Shown one piece after another: positions 52,700 through 64,000 of a stretch of 64,000 nt of DNA (positions are counted from its first letter, which is position 1; every line of letters begins with the position of its first letter). Position numbers and translations under genes: made by a program. A model generated the notes under the pieces. The model worked only from the letters and a program-made list of their open reading frames with translations, was not told the DNA's origin and ran no database searches. Source of the stretch: Octopus sinensis (taxonomy: Eukaryota); assembly GCF_006345805.1 (NCBI RefSeq), contig NC_043005.1, positions 96,100,001 through 96,164,000 of the forward strand, in the 5' to 3' direction.

Positions 52700-53107
52700 T
52701 AAAAAAACCTTATGGGCCATATCTTGAGGCACTATCTGCTTTTACCACTAAGATAAAATACAATCTTAAAAGGTGTTTTTATTGTAGTGAACTGTATTAG
52801 GCTGCCTATGGTTGTCTTTATTACTAGAACAAGCAAAACAGTTTATTATATATTTGTGATGGTAATGAAAAAGACATAGATCAACTAAATGGTGGAATTC
52901 TTGGCATAATTCTCTTTTATACCCTCAAACCATTGGAGAGTTCTGAAGTTAAGAACCAAGATTTTCAGTTAGTATATGTGCCTGGAGCGACTGAGTATTT
53001 AATAAATTTAATCTCTTAAATAGGTATTAGTGTGTAATTGAAAGGGAATTTTGGAAAACTGTTAGATTTAGTGAAATGAAGATGATCAGAATATGAAATT
53101 AGTTTAA

Positions 53108-54157
53108 CCCTTTCGTTACTATATTTCTGACCAAAATACACCCCTTATGTGTTTCAATTAATTTCTAACGTAATCATAAATTTAGTCTGGTTTCATTAAA
53201 CAACTATAACTTTTTTATTTATCAATATATTAACGTGAATTTTGGAAGATAATTTTATGAAATGTTCTCAACCAATTCTACACTATAATTTTTGTCACAA
53301 AGTGACTCTAATTGCAGGTAGATACAGGTAAATTCAACAAAATATAAAATTATTAAAATTTTGTTCAAACATCGCTATAGAAAATGGGTAATATTCAGTT
53401 GGGTATACAACAAAATTTTACGATAAGAATTTGTTATTCTGGGTAACTTTCTGATACCCATAATAATATTTATGGCAAAATAGTCTTAATTTCATTTAAG
53501 GTTATGGGAAACCACTTTCTTTCGTTTTGTTTACATTTAGCGTAACGGTTCGTTTCCGCCGTAATGATTTCAAATAGGCTCATTCGAAAAAGTAAAAAGA
53601 AATAGTCTAAGGCTTTACTCTCCTGGGAAAGTCTCTGGCTTGGTCCAGTTTCTTCAGAAAAATCACCGAAAGAAACAGTTTTTAAATTTTCACTCCATTC
53701 AGGTGCCAATTCATTTTCTTTATCGCTGTCGGAGCTCTCAGATTCACTGTTTTCACTTTCGGAAAATGAAACATCAGATTCATTATCAAATACCACATGG
53801 TTTTTTTTCTCAGTCATAGAGTTAGATTTATGAAGGTGTTCAGTAGAAAAGCCTTCGAATTCTGACTCGCTGCTTGATATATTGAAATTCGTATCCATTT
53901 TTTGTCAGAATTACAAATTTTGAAAACACAATAGGAACAAATTTCGGAAAAAAATCTCCCAAAATTCACGTAATTAAAATTACACTTCGATTTTTGTACA
54001 AAACTGTAGTTGAAGTCTTTACAAAGTATAATACTTGTTTTCACGAATGTACTAAAGAGATTTGCTCTGATATTCTCATTTAAATATGAATAGGTAAATA
54101 CGGGCGGCTTGGTCACATTAACCAAAAATTTTTTCGGGCAGTTTGGTAATGAAAGGG
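53108..54157 (-). mobile_element. internally deleted piggyBac element, copy 3
   Basis: TTAA TSDs (53104-07, 54158-61); ORF 53470-53898 is nearly identical to the copy 1 ORF. Confidence 0.92.
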
Positions 54158-57100
54158 TTAATTTGGCTGTGTATAGTCAGGTTTGTACTCCACTGGTTCA
54201 TTATTTAAGAAAAACTAGTGATGGTCTGTTTTGGCAAAAATAGTTCATAAAATTGTTTTTATACTGTAAGAATATTTTACAAGAAGGTTTATTTTAATGT
54301 AAATTGGTTGTAGATAATTGACCTAAACTTAGAGTATTCAGAATAGTTATGTTTCTCTGTTTGCAGTTCCATAAAATCTCACAAATAAAAGTATTCTGAA
54401 GATAAATTACTTGAATGTCATTCGCCCCAAAACAATAGTGAATGTTAACATTTAATGCAAACAAGCATCAAATAGTTAACTAGAGTTATAAACAACTATT
54501 AGCGAAGAGCTATTATTTTAATCATTTCTGCAAGTGCAGTAAACAACTCTGAGAATGTTTGAGTTCTATTCTGACCTCATCAGCAAAACTTAGATTTTAC
54601 TGTACTTCCTGGAATAGGGATGGGAAGAATCACTGTATGGATAAGATTGTGCATGGGTTGTCCTAGAAAAGTTGAATTGTTTAGAAAATAAAATATTCGG
54701 AGGCTGCCCAAAAGAAAAGCAGTACTTGATTTGATGCAAACGTATTAAAATTGTAAGTAATATTAAAAATTTAAAATGAGAAATAATTATTTAACAGAGG
54801 GTAAAAAGCAGTAGCAGTCAATGACTAATAAACATGATGCAAATGGAATTTAGGTATTTTATGTTCTGAATAAGTTTTCTTCTTTATTTCTCATCACCTA
54901 ATTATTTTTTGTTAACATATTTAATGCAATGGATATTAAAAAGTTAACACTACCTTGAACATACCCAAGATTTTGATTTATGCTGTAGAGATAAATGGGA
55001 TTTAACTATTATTATATCTGCCATCTAATTAATTATTCTGTCTTGATTCTGGAGAGTGTAGAAATAATAATTAGAATGAAGTGTTTGGGCTTGGAAGCAG
55101 ATGTAGTATAAATGAATAACTTTTTTGTTTGTATGAACTCTCCTGTCCCTTGGAGGTGTGTTTTGGCTTTAAATGAAAGTATGATGAATAAATTTGTTTT
55201 GCAAGATTCTTGATGTGAAAATGTGCATTGAAACAGCTATTGTTATATTTGGGGATGGTAAAAGATGAACATCCCCAAATAGACTTTTGATATTATAGAG
55301 TATATGCTTCCTGTGCTGGCACCACATAAATAAAGCACCCATAGAAAGCTGCTGTATTGCAGGAACATCATGCCAACATAGAAAATAAAAATGTAAAAAA
55401 CAATATGTATGATGACAGTTAGATTAATTCTTTATTTAGATTTTAGTGTATTATTGAAATTTATATTAACTTTTGTTTGAATATTATATGATTATGTGTG
55501 AGTTGCTGTTTTCCAAAGTTATGAGTTTAACATAGATGCATCAGTGTGAATAAGTTGAGTTGACTAAGTATTTTTTATAATAATTACAGTAACCACATTT
55601 TCATTTTTATTTAATGTGATTACTTTAATGGGATTTTTCATCTCATGCAAAAAATGGATCCATTTTCTTATTTTTTAAATTTTAGATCAACCAATGTGAT
55701 TTACATAAACATACAAACCTACTTTCTTGGGAACTTTCAGTCTAAAAAAAATAAAATTTTATTCTTCAATTTGCTTAAATTATTAGCAGTTTATCCTTTC
55801 TATCTCCCAATGTTATCTTTCTTTGTGTTTTTAAATGGTAATGATAAAGCTAAGAAAAAAACCTACAACCTACATACTCAGCTCAATTTCTACAAGTACA
55901 AAAAGCTTCAAGGTCTTGCATATTAGAGATGAAATTGGTGTTAGGAGATCAAAATTAGTGAATACTGATTGGAATGGTGTGCCGAAAATGTCAGTTAATA
56001 CAGGAACACACACACATACAAGCACACTTAATGATATAAGTTGTCAAATATTTTAAACTAAAATCTAAATATTTGCATGATCATGTAATTGAAACCTTAA
56101 AATTTTAATCTGTTGAGACTTTAAGCTAGTGATTCACAACCTTTTTTTACTTTGTGGCTCACTGGAGATCAAACATTTCTAGTGATATTCACATGGAATG
56201 GTTTATTTATTTTGTTTTAGAGTTCATATTAGAAAAATATTACTTATCTTTTTTTATTAATTATATTAGTGCATAACAAAATCATGAATAACAGTTATCA
56301 AGTTATTAAGTGTAGATTTTCTAAAACCTCTAATTTTATTAAAAAAAATCTGGGGTGCATTTAGCTATCTTTTGGAATGCACCAGTGTGCTGCACTGCAC
56401 CATTTGAAAACATCTGTTTGAAGCTATTGTAGCTTCAAATTTTTCACTTGTTTTAGATACAAAACTATTGTAATGTTGAATTCAAGGTATTTTTTAAAAC
56501 ACAATTTTTATTTTTTTTATTGACATTGTTTTGAATATATTTCTATAATTATCTCTGTATCACCTGAAACATTACTCCCAAGCTCTATCCCTGTCTTTTC
56601 AAGATCCCTGTTTACAAATGTATGCAAAACAAACTTCTGAATTTTTAAGCTTACTCCATTAATCTTAATAGCATATGAAGTGGTCATATCCTTCCCAAAT
56701 ATTCTACCTGTTTTATCTTCAAGCCTGCCATGTCCAGCCTCTTGTTTCCACATCGTTCTAAAAATTTCAAAATCAAGAAGATACAAAATAAATCATGCTT
56801 AATTCAAAGCATTATGAATAATAAGCATTGCATTTGGCAGTAATCTGAATGTTGAAGGATTAAAGTTTCCATTATGTTACCTTTTCTCTCCAACAATATT
56901 CCAGTACAACTGTGTCCCTGTAGGCTTCAGGCAACAATCATTATTTACTGAGAAAAATTTCTTATCTTTCCCAACTTCAGTTTCTCTCTTTCTTTCTCTA
57001 TCTCATTCTTTTTATTTTCCTCTTTTCTTTTTCATTCTACAAACCCACCCTAAATATCAGACAATTAAATGTAAGAGAGTCAAAGAAAACCATGATAAAA

Positions 57101-57636
57101 GGAAAAGGGATTTGTTATAGGAATGCTGTTGTAGTATCAGGTTTGTTTGTAGTCTGTGGATATAAGTCAGGCTTGACTGTTAAAACCTGAACTTCATCAA
57201 TTGAAAGAAAACAAAAATGTATTCTACTATGATACCTGGTGAGGTGTGGTCTGTGAATCCTTTCTGTCATCATCCATACTCTTCACTGTATTACCTAATA
57301 TATCTGGACCCGATTGAATTATCGGTAAAACATAGTGTTAATAAACACATGCACTGTCTAAATGAATGATCCGTTCTAGCACAAAATATATTTCATGGTT
57401 TAATGTTTTATTTGTATTGGAAATAATGTATTTGAGTGTTTTGAATTGTTTGTTTTATGCTTTAAAAGACGGGAGTTCCAAAGGTTTGTCATATGTAAGG
57501 TAAACTAGATTGCATATTTGGACTAAGGTTTTGTTCAGTCAGCTTTATTGTTGACAATAGTTATTAAGGGATGAAGAATGGTTTTCTTTTCAATTTGTTG
57601 ATGAGTGGGGGTCAATTTTAAAGCTGCTTGCATGAA

Positions 57637-58843
57637 ATCTCTAGTTCCAAATAAATAACCTGTTTAACTTACATGTTGCAAGGTAAAGTCTGGAATCCAA
57701 GGAAACTTTTCATTCTTTATGGCAATTATACTCATTAACATTTCACAGAATCTCTCTTTATCATGTTTATATTATTGCTTCAGTTTTTGTAGTGAAAATA
57801 CTCTTTCTGTTTTTCAAAAATTTAGATGAATGTTTGTTTAGCTTTTCATAAACTATTTAAAGTGTGATGTAGTGTTTGCTCACCCTATTGACAGAGACTC
57901 TCAATGAGCTTAAGCTCAGTTGCTAGTAAAGCAATTTTGTTTTACTATTTCTTTGTATTGATTATTTCCTGTTATAGTCAGTAAACAGGACTAGGCATTG
58001 GTAGAATCTTCTAGACTAACTTGCTTCATCTGATACACACACTACATAAAACTATTAGTGCTGACTGAAAGGCCAAACTAGTGAAAGGCATGGGTAAACT
58101 TGTTTATTTCCCGTAGTTTTTAAAACTGGAAGTCAGATTATCAGTGGATTGTTGTTTCACATTAGCCATTCAAAATAATTCCCTAATTACAGCTGAATTA
58201 GTTTATGGAGGTCCACACCCAGTGTTGCTGAAGTCCCTGTCTGTTCTAACCGATCTATTAAACTTGGTGCCTCATTGTTTTAAACCATAGTTATATTTAT
58301 TGTCGATTGAATTAACAATCAAGAAGCTAGAGGAGATGGTGTTGGGAATTCATTTGAGCAAAGATCATAAGTCAAGAGTTGGTCTTCCTTATGGACTACT
58401 GGCTACAGTAGGTGTTACAAGTCTATACGGCGAGCTGGCAGAAACGTTAGCACGCCGGGCGAAATGCATAGCCGTATCTCTAGTTCCAAATAAATAACCT
58501 GTTTAACTTACATGTTGCAAGGTAAAGTCTGGAATCCAAGGAAACTTTTCATTCTTTATGGCAATTATACTCATTAACATTTCACAGAATCTCTCTTTAT
58601 CATGTTTATATTATTGCTTCAGTTTTTGTAGTGAAAATACTCTTTCAAAAATTTAGATGAATGTTTGTTTAGCTTTTCATAAACTATTTAAAGTGTGATG
58701 TAGTGTTTGCTCACCCTATTGACAGAGACTCTCAATGAGCTTAAGCTCAGTTGCTAGTAAAGCAATTTTGTTTTACTATTTCTTTGTATTGATTATTTCC
58801 TGTTATAGTCAGTAAACAGGACTAGGCATTGGTAGAATCTTCT
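57637..58843. repeat. local direct duplication of ~370 bp of unique intron (57637-58012 and 58476-58843)
   Basis: Copies appear identical apart from an 8-bp deletion in the second. Confidence 0.92.
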
Positions 58844-59003
58844 GCCATTACATTCTGAGTTCAAATTCCGCCAAGGTCGACTTTGCCTTTCGTCCTTTCG
58901 GGGTTGATAAATTAAGTACCAGTTACGCACTGGGGTCAATGTAATCGACTTAATCCTTTTGTTTGTCCCCTCTATGTTCAGCCCCTTGTGGGCAATAAAG
59001 AAA
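58423..59003 (+). mobile_element. full-length SINE family A interrupted by a captured host segment
   Basis: Head GGCGAGCTGGCAGAAACGTTAGCACGCCGG at ~58429; body resumes at ~58841; 14-bp TSD TAGGTGTTACAAGT (58409-22 and 59004-17). Confidence 0.9.
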
Positions 59004-59099
59004 TAGGTGTTACAAGTGTTATATTTTATCAGATTCTTTAGTTATTTTGTTGCTATCTTCTGGCTATTGAGTTAACTAGAAGAAGTTATTGTTAAGGCA

Positions 59100-59520
59100 G
59101 CCAAAAAAGAAATGATTAACGACATTTCTTCCAGTTTTACATTGAGTTCAAGTTCTGCAAAGGTCGACTTTACTACCTCATCCTTTCAGGGTCAATAAAT
59201 TAAGTACCAGTGAAGCACTGGGGTCAATGTAATCAACTAGTCCCTTCCCTAAAAATTTCAGGCTTTGTGGCTTTAATAGAAAGGATTATTTTTATTATCA
59301 CTGGTGGTGAGCTGGCAGAATTGTTAGCACACCAGTCAAAATATTTAACAGTATTTCGTCCATCTTTATGTTCTGTGTTCAAATTCCGCTGAGGTCGACT
59401 TTGCCTTTTATCCTTTCAGAGGTTGGTGGAATAAGTACCAGTTACATACTAGGGTCAATATAATCAACTAGTCCTACCCCCCCAAAATTTCAGGCCTTGT
59501 ACCAATAGCAGAAAGGATTA
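59100..59520 (+). mobile_element. two tandem SINE family A copies
   Basis: GAGTTCAA...GGTCGACTTT..CATCCTTTC..AAGTACCAG core occurs twice. Confidence 0.75.
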
Positions 59521-60595
59521 TTATTATTATTACTGTTATTATTACGAAGGCTGTATATTGTTTTGCTATTCATATTTGGTAATAGTCTCTCTGTGCTACC
59601 ACATAATCCCCAAACTGATTCTTTGTATTTTTTGCACCATATGACAATATCGTCATTGTTTTACATCTGTTTTCCCATGATGACATGATTTGGACAGGCT
59701 TCAACAGCTTCTCACCACTCATTGCTCTTCTTCATCTGACACAGACGAAAAAAAAAATCCAATTTCTGTTCCTTTAAATGGCATAGTTTTTATGGCTGAT
59801 TATCCTTCACAGTTGGCTGTGATGATGGACTGATAGAAGCTTTGATAATCTTAAATTTCCTTATCAAACCTATAGTTTCATGTCTTAATGAAATATTGAG
59901 GTTGAAATTAATAGAATATTAATAATGGTGTCAGAGGATGTAAACATTTTGGACGGCCAGTTTTGGGTCATGTTGTCTCTTTTTTAATATACTTTGTTCT
60001 GCACACCTTGGATTACTTAAATGTCAGGTATGCATAACAAATCTTATTACCTATGACAGATTGGAATCTTAGCCAAGAAAAGATTTCTTTTTCACTTGCT
60101 TCTTGCTATCGACACTGGCATTGGCTTAAGTTCCCTGATTCTGCTGCTACTATTATAGCTGAAATGACTGAATAAGATGTCAGATAGTTATTGACTTGTG
60201 GATTTTAAATTCAATATCATTGTGAGATTTGTCTGTGGGCAAGACAGTGCCCACTGTCTTTGGTATACCAAATTTTCCGGCATACAAGTTGATGTAGTAT
60301 ATAGTGTAAACATGTGTAAAAAATTCAAACATTGTCCCTGTCTTTCCAAATCCTGTTACATTTCATATGGAATGTTTGATCTTCCAAAGCCATCTTGGTA
60401 TATAAGTTGACCTGTCCTTTTGTTCTGAAAATTTGATTTGTATGCTGGAAAATATGACAAACAGATTCAGAGCTTTTCTGGAAAATTTAGCTACTGTGTT
60501 TCCTCTCCAAAGTAAGATTTATCCTCCATTTGCTTACTGCTATAAAAGCTGAAGTTAAGCACTATCTTTTGGGACTTTAGAATTTTATTAAAGAA

Positions 60596-60964
60596 CTAGC
60601 AGTATCGCCCGGCATTGCCCGCTTTTGTTTCCACCCTTTAGAATTAGAATTTTTGAAAAGTAAAAATTTTGCATTATGTAGCTTTTCTGGTTGAAATACA
60701 CCGAAAAATGGTGACACAGCAGTCAAAAAATCATAAAAAAATAGGAATTTTCAAAGAAAAAAAGCACCTTTTTGATGTAAATAATTTTTGGTGTTAACAT
60801 GGTCCGATTTGAATTTTTTCTTCTACGGAATGAAGAGCAAGCCTTTTTCTATCATGCTTTCAATTTTGGTTAACTTATGCCGCAGGGTCTCGGAGGAGAT
60901 AGTGTTAGTTGAAGGCTACCAAACCTGCCATACACAGACAACTTCAGCTTTATAGATATAGAGA
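60596..60964 (-). mobile_element. non-autonomous Helitron
   Basis: Minus strand starts A|TCTCTATATCTATAAAGCTG and ends CGGGCAATGCCGGGCGATACTGCTAG|T: 5'-TC, subterminal GC-rich hairpin, 3'-CTAG, inserted between A and T with no TSD. Confidence 0.8.
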
Positions 60965-61343
60965 TTGGTTGAAATATTTTATAGTATTTAGTAACGAGTT
61001 TTTACGTTCTAAGTCCAAATCCCACTGATGTTGAATTTGCTTTGCATCCTTCCTGGGTGATAAAATAGGTACCACTCAAGTACTTGGGTCAGATAAATCT
61101 GAGAGAGTATAGCCAAATAAGTTGGCTATACTCCTATGATCATTGTTTTGGTCTTGTGCCCCTGTTAGACACTATTATTATTAAGATGTTTAATTATCTA
61201 AGTGGTTCCTCAAACAAAGTATTAGCTTCTGTGCTAAGTTGTTTTGTAGAAATAAGAAATAAAATATAACTGTATAAATGACATATACATGTATGGTAAC
61301 AACAGTATTGAATATCTACAATTTTTCTCATGTCAATGCAAGT

Positions 61344-61710
61344 GGAGTGGCTGTGTGGTAAGAAACTTGCTTCCCAACCACATGATTCCAGGTTCAGTCC
61401 CACTGCATGGCCTCTTGTGCAAGTATCTTCTCCTATAGCCTTGGGCTGACCAAAGCCTTATGAGTGGATTTTCGGTACTAGGAAACTGAAAGAAGCCTGT
61501 TGTGTATATGTATATATATATATGTGTGTGTATGTATGTATTTGTGTCTGTTTGTGTGTCCCTGCCATCGCTTGGCAACCAATGTTGGTGTATTTATGTC
61601 CCTGTAACTTAGCGGTTTGGCAAAAGAGACCGATAGAATAAGTACTAGGCTTACAAAGAATAAGTCCTGGGGTCGATGTGTTCAACAAATGACTGAAATG
61701 AGTAAAAGAA
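61344..61710 (+). mobile_element. SINE family B copy
   Basis: Collinear with 18210-18647. Confidence 0.85.
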
Positions 61711-62308
61711 TATGATTGGTTTGTGATTTAGTATAATTTGGAACACTGAAAATACAAAATGTGTTATTTTATGTTAAAGAATTCTAAGTATTCCAGTATA
61801 AAATTTATTTTAGAGCTTTTATATAACAAGCCCTTAGTATGGTAAGCTCTTTTTTTCTTTTTAAATCTTTTCAATTATTGTGAAACATTTTATGTAGTTA
61901 GAATTGATAACAAGTTTTTAAAAAACATTCTGGTTTAAGCTTCTAATCCATCAAAATAAAATAAAATTTATCTGATAAGTATTTTATTTCCATATTGTAT
62001 AATTTTGAAGCTATTTTTCGTACCTTTTATAAATGCCAAAAATATAAATTAGTAAGATTCGCTGAAATAGCAATTGAAGCCATTTTATTTCAATCTACTT
62101 CCTTGGAATCCTGTTCTGATGCCACTTGAAATTATGTTTATATATTTGGTGCTCTTTTTTTTACATTTTGTTTTGAGGGCTGTTTTATTTTATTTTTTCC
62201 CCCTTTTAGTAAATGTCTATTTGCCAAATAAGTATTGCATGCTGCAGTTACTGTCAACATTGTTTTATTGTTCCCTTTTTTTTTTTTATGCTCTACTTCA
62301 TGTTGCAG

Positions 62309-62382
62309 GCGTAGAAGACACAGAGAGGAGTTTGAATCACCAAGAGTAAAGAGATCTCGTATGGACTATGACAATAGGAATA
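62309..62382 (+). CDS. YTHDC1: YTHDC1 coding exon 12 (Arg-rich)
   Basis: ttgcag|(R)RRRHREEFESPRVKRSRMDYDNRN+A|gtaagt; long polypyrimidine tract; 74 nt, phase 2-1, matching exon 11. Confidence 0.8.
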
Positions 62383-62469
62383 GTAAGTATCAGCAGGAAA
62401 TTTTATTCAGTCGGGTTTGTATAACTTAATTTGGAAATGTTCATTATTGTACATCAACATCAAAATAAA

Positions 62470-62796
62470 TATCAAATGGAAATTGTAGTTGTGATACCTG
62501 TTCCGGTGGCACGTGAAAAGCACCATCTGAACGTGGCCGTTGCCAGCACCGCCTTGACTGGCTTCTGTGCTGGTGGCACTTAAAAAGCACCAACCGATTG
62601 TGGCTGCTGCCAGCCTCCCCTGGCATGTAAAAAGCACCCGCTACAGTCACGGAGTGGTTAGTATTAGGAAGGGCATCCAGCTGTAGAAACACTGCCAGAT
62701 CAGACTGGAGCCTGGTGCAGCCGCCTGGCTTCCCAGACTCCAGTCGAACCATCCAACCCATGCTAGCACGGAAAACGGATGTTAAATGATGATGAT
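62470..62796 (+). mobile_element. SINE family C copy
   Basis: GGAAGGGCATCCAGCTGTAGAAAC...GATGTTAAATGATGATGA. Confidence 0.8.
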
Positions 62797-63914
62797 AAGA
62801 ATATAGTTCTAGATCCACATAAAATTATGGTGATAAAAGCTGGGATGTCTTTGATCATAGACTTGCTTGAACCTTGTTGAGTTGTGACTAAACAACAATT
62901 ATAGTAATTCAATATACACCAACAGCTTCATTTTTTTTCTTTTTTTTTCTTTCTCATTCCATAACTGTTCTGTATGTTGTTCACATCACTTACTGTTGCA
63001 TGTTGGGATGATGAATTTATAATCAAATTTTATATTTTCCCCTTTGAAAGATCATGTTAGTGAATGGGCAATTGTTACATTATGTCTTTCCATACTTGAT
63101 TCAAATCAATGTAAGATTACTTAGCTAGTTTACAGATAAGATATATTCAAAGCAGACACTTAGTCATGTAATTACTAAGGGATGCAAATTGTGTGTTCAT
63201 ATACTGCCTGTTTACCTCATCCCCCACTTTTGTAATGTTTTGACACATGGTTTTCTTTACTGGCATGACATACTGGCAAGTCACACAAAAACTTACCTGT
63301 ACATGTGATCAGGTTTGATCCTATTTTGCAGCTCTTCATCTACTTAGCAACTTTGAGTAAATTTATGTAGATGGAAACTGTGAAACCCATTGGATTAAGT
63401 GTACCAGCTCTTGTTAGTAAATTGAATTTGTCACCTAGTTTAACACCATCATCGTCAAACCCTTAGTGGACCCTGTTGCAAGCATTTAAACGAGGTTCCT
63501 AGTCTCAAGGTTTATCAGTGAGTGATGGTTTCTTCCTCTCTTCTCTGAACAGTTTTGGAGACTCTGCAAAATATCATTGGTATTGCCTTGCCTCCTCCAA
63601 TAGGAAAAGAATTTTATTTCAAAATAAACTTTACACATGACTGAATAATAATGACATACCCCCTTTCTTTTTTTCATCACATGTTGTTTGGTATTATGAA
63701 AGGAACTCAACCACAAAATGTCCTGTCAAACAATATATCTATCAAAATGTATTAAATTCTAGTGTTCAGTTTCCTTAAAAAATTTTTTTCTTTTAAAACC
63801 CACTATTTCTATATGATGAAAGTTGCATTTTAACTGATTTGTGCCAACTACCTCTGGATATGGAAAGCACTCTCACTTAAATGTATTATTAAAAGATACC
63901 TTAGTTTCTCTTAA

Positions 63915-64000
63915 CCCTTTTTATACCAACCCGGCTGAAACCGGCTCTGGCTCTGAGTACAAATGTCTTGTTTTCATAAGTTTTGAATTAAAATCTCCCA
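63915..64000 (+). mobile_element. piggyBac MITE (same family as 26099), cut by the window end
   Basis: TTAA|CCCTTT..TACCAACCCGGCTGAAACCGGCTCTGGCTCTGAG matches 26099 onward. Confidence 0.85.

Larger units (their letters stand above)
11632..62382 (+). other. YTHDC1: YTH domain-containing protein 1 gene span (12 coding exons in the window; 3' end beyond the window)
   Basis: Spliced CDS of 1534 nt with consistent phases. YTH domain [25 protein letters not shown]...SGKFQGFARL...IRWVLPPG...[19 protein letters not shown] plus the YTHDC1-specific N-terminal motifs NVLDDIL, DYDTRSE and RGISPI. Confidence 0.95.

Noticed and set aside
54550-54590. Minus-strand CUGAUGA-GGUC...AAAC hammerhead-like motif
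   Set aside because: Stem II is mismatched and the GAAA core is broken; too degenerate to call.
63811-63880. Possible intronic C/D snoRNA (ATGATGA...CTGA)
   Set aside because: No terminal stem or properly spaced final D box, and no recognisable rRNA guide.

Overview
AT-rich, repeat-dense metazoan genomic DNA. The SINE families, (TA)n/(TG)n arrays and RTE/CR1 LINEs look like octopus or another coleoid cephalopod (inference from repeat recognition, not a database result). There are two protein-coding genes, both cut off by the window edges. (1) The first coding exon of an RWDD3/RSUME-like gene lies on the minus strand (365->299). (2) Twelve coding exons of the nuclear m6A reader YTHDC1 lie on the plus strand (ATG 11632 to 62382; 1534 nt of CDS, all GT-AG, all phases consistent, complete YTH domain in exons 7-11); the gene continues beyond the window. 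The rest is intronic or intergenic: RTE and CR1 LINEs, mariner/Tc1 relics, three internally deleted piggyBac elements plus piggyBac MITEs, a Helitron, a Helentron-type HINE, several tRNA-derived SINE families, Penelope-like fragments with degenerate hammerhead motifs, microsatellites and one 100-N gap. The best leads are: a candidate autoregulatory poison/retention module in YTHDC1 intron 11; natural L380P/M438A-equivalent changes in the YTH G(-1) pocket; a uORF whose stop overlaps the YTHDC1 ATG; an RTE copy with a twin-priming-type 5' inversion; a SINE carrying a templated copy of nearby host intron; and several long intronic hairpins. No prokaryote-type system (CRISPR, operon etc.) is present, and I did not find a clearly new multi-gene system.
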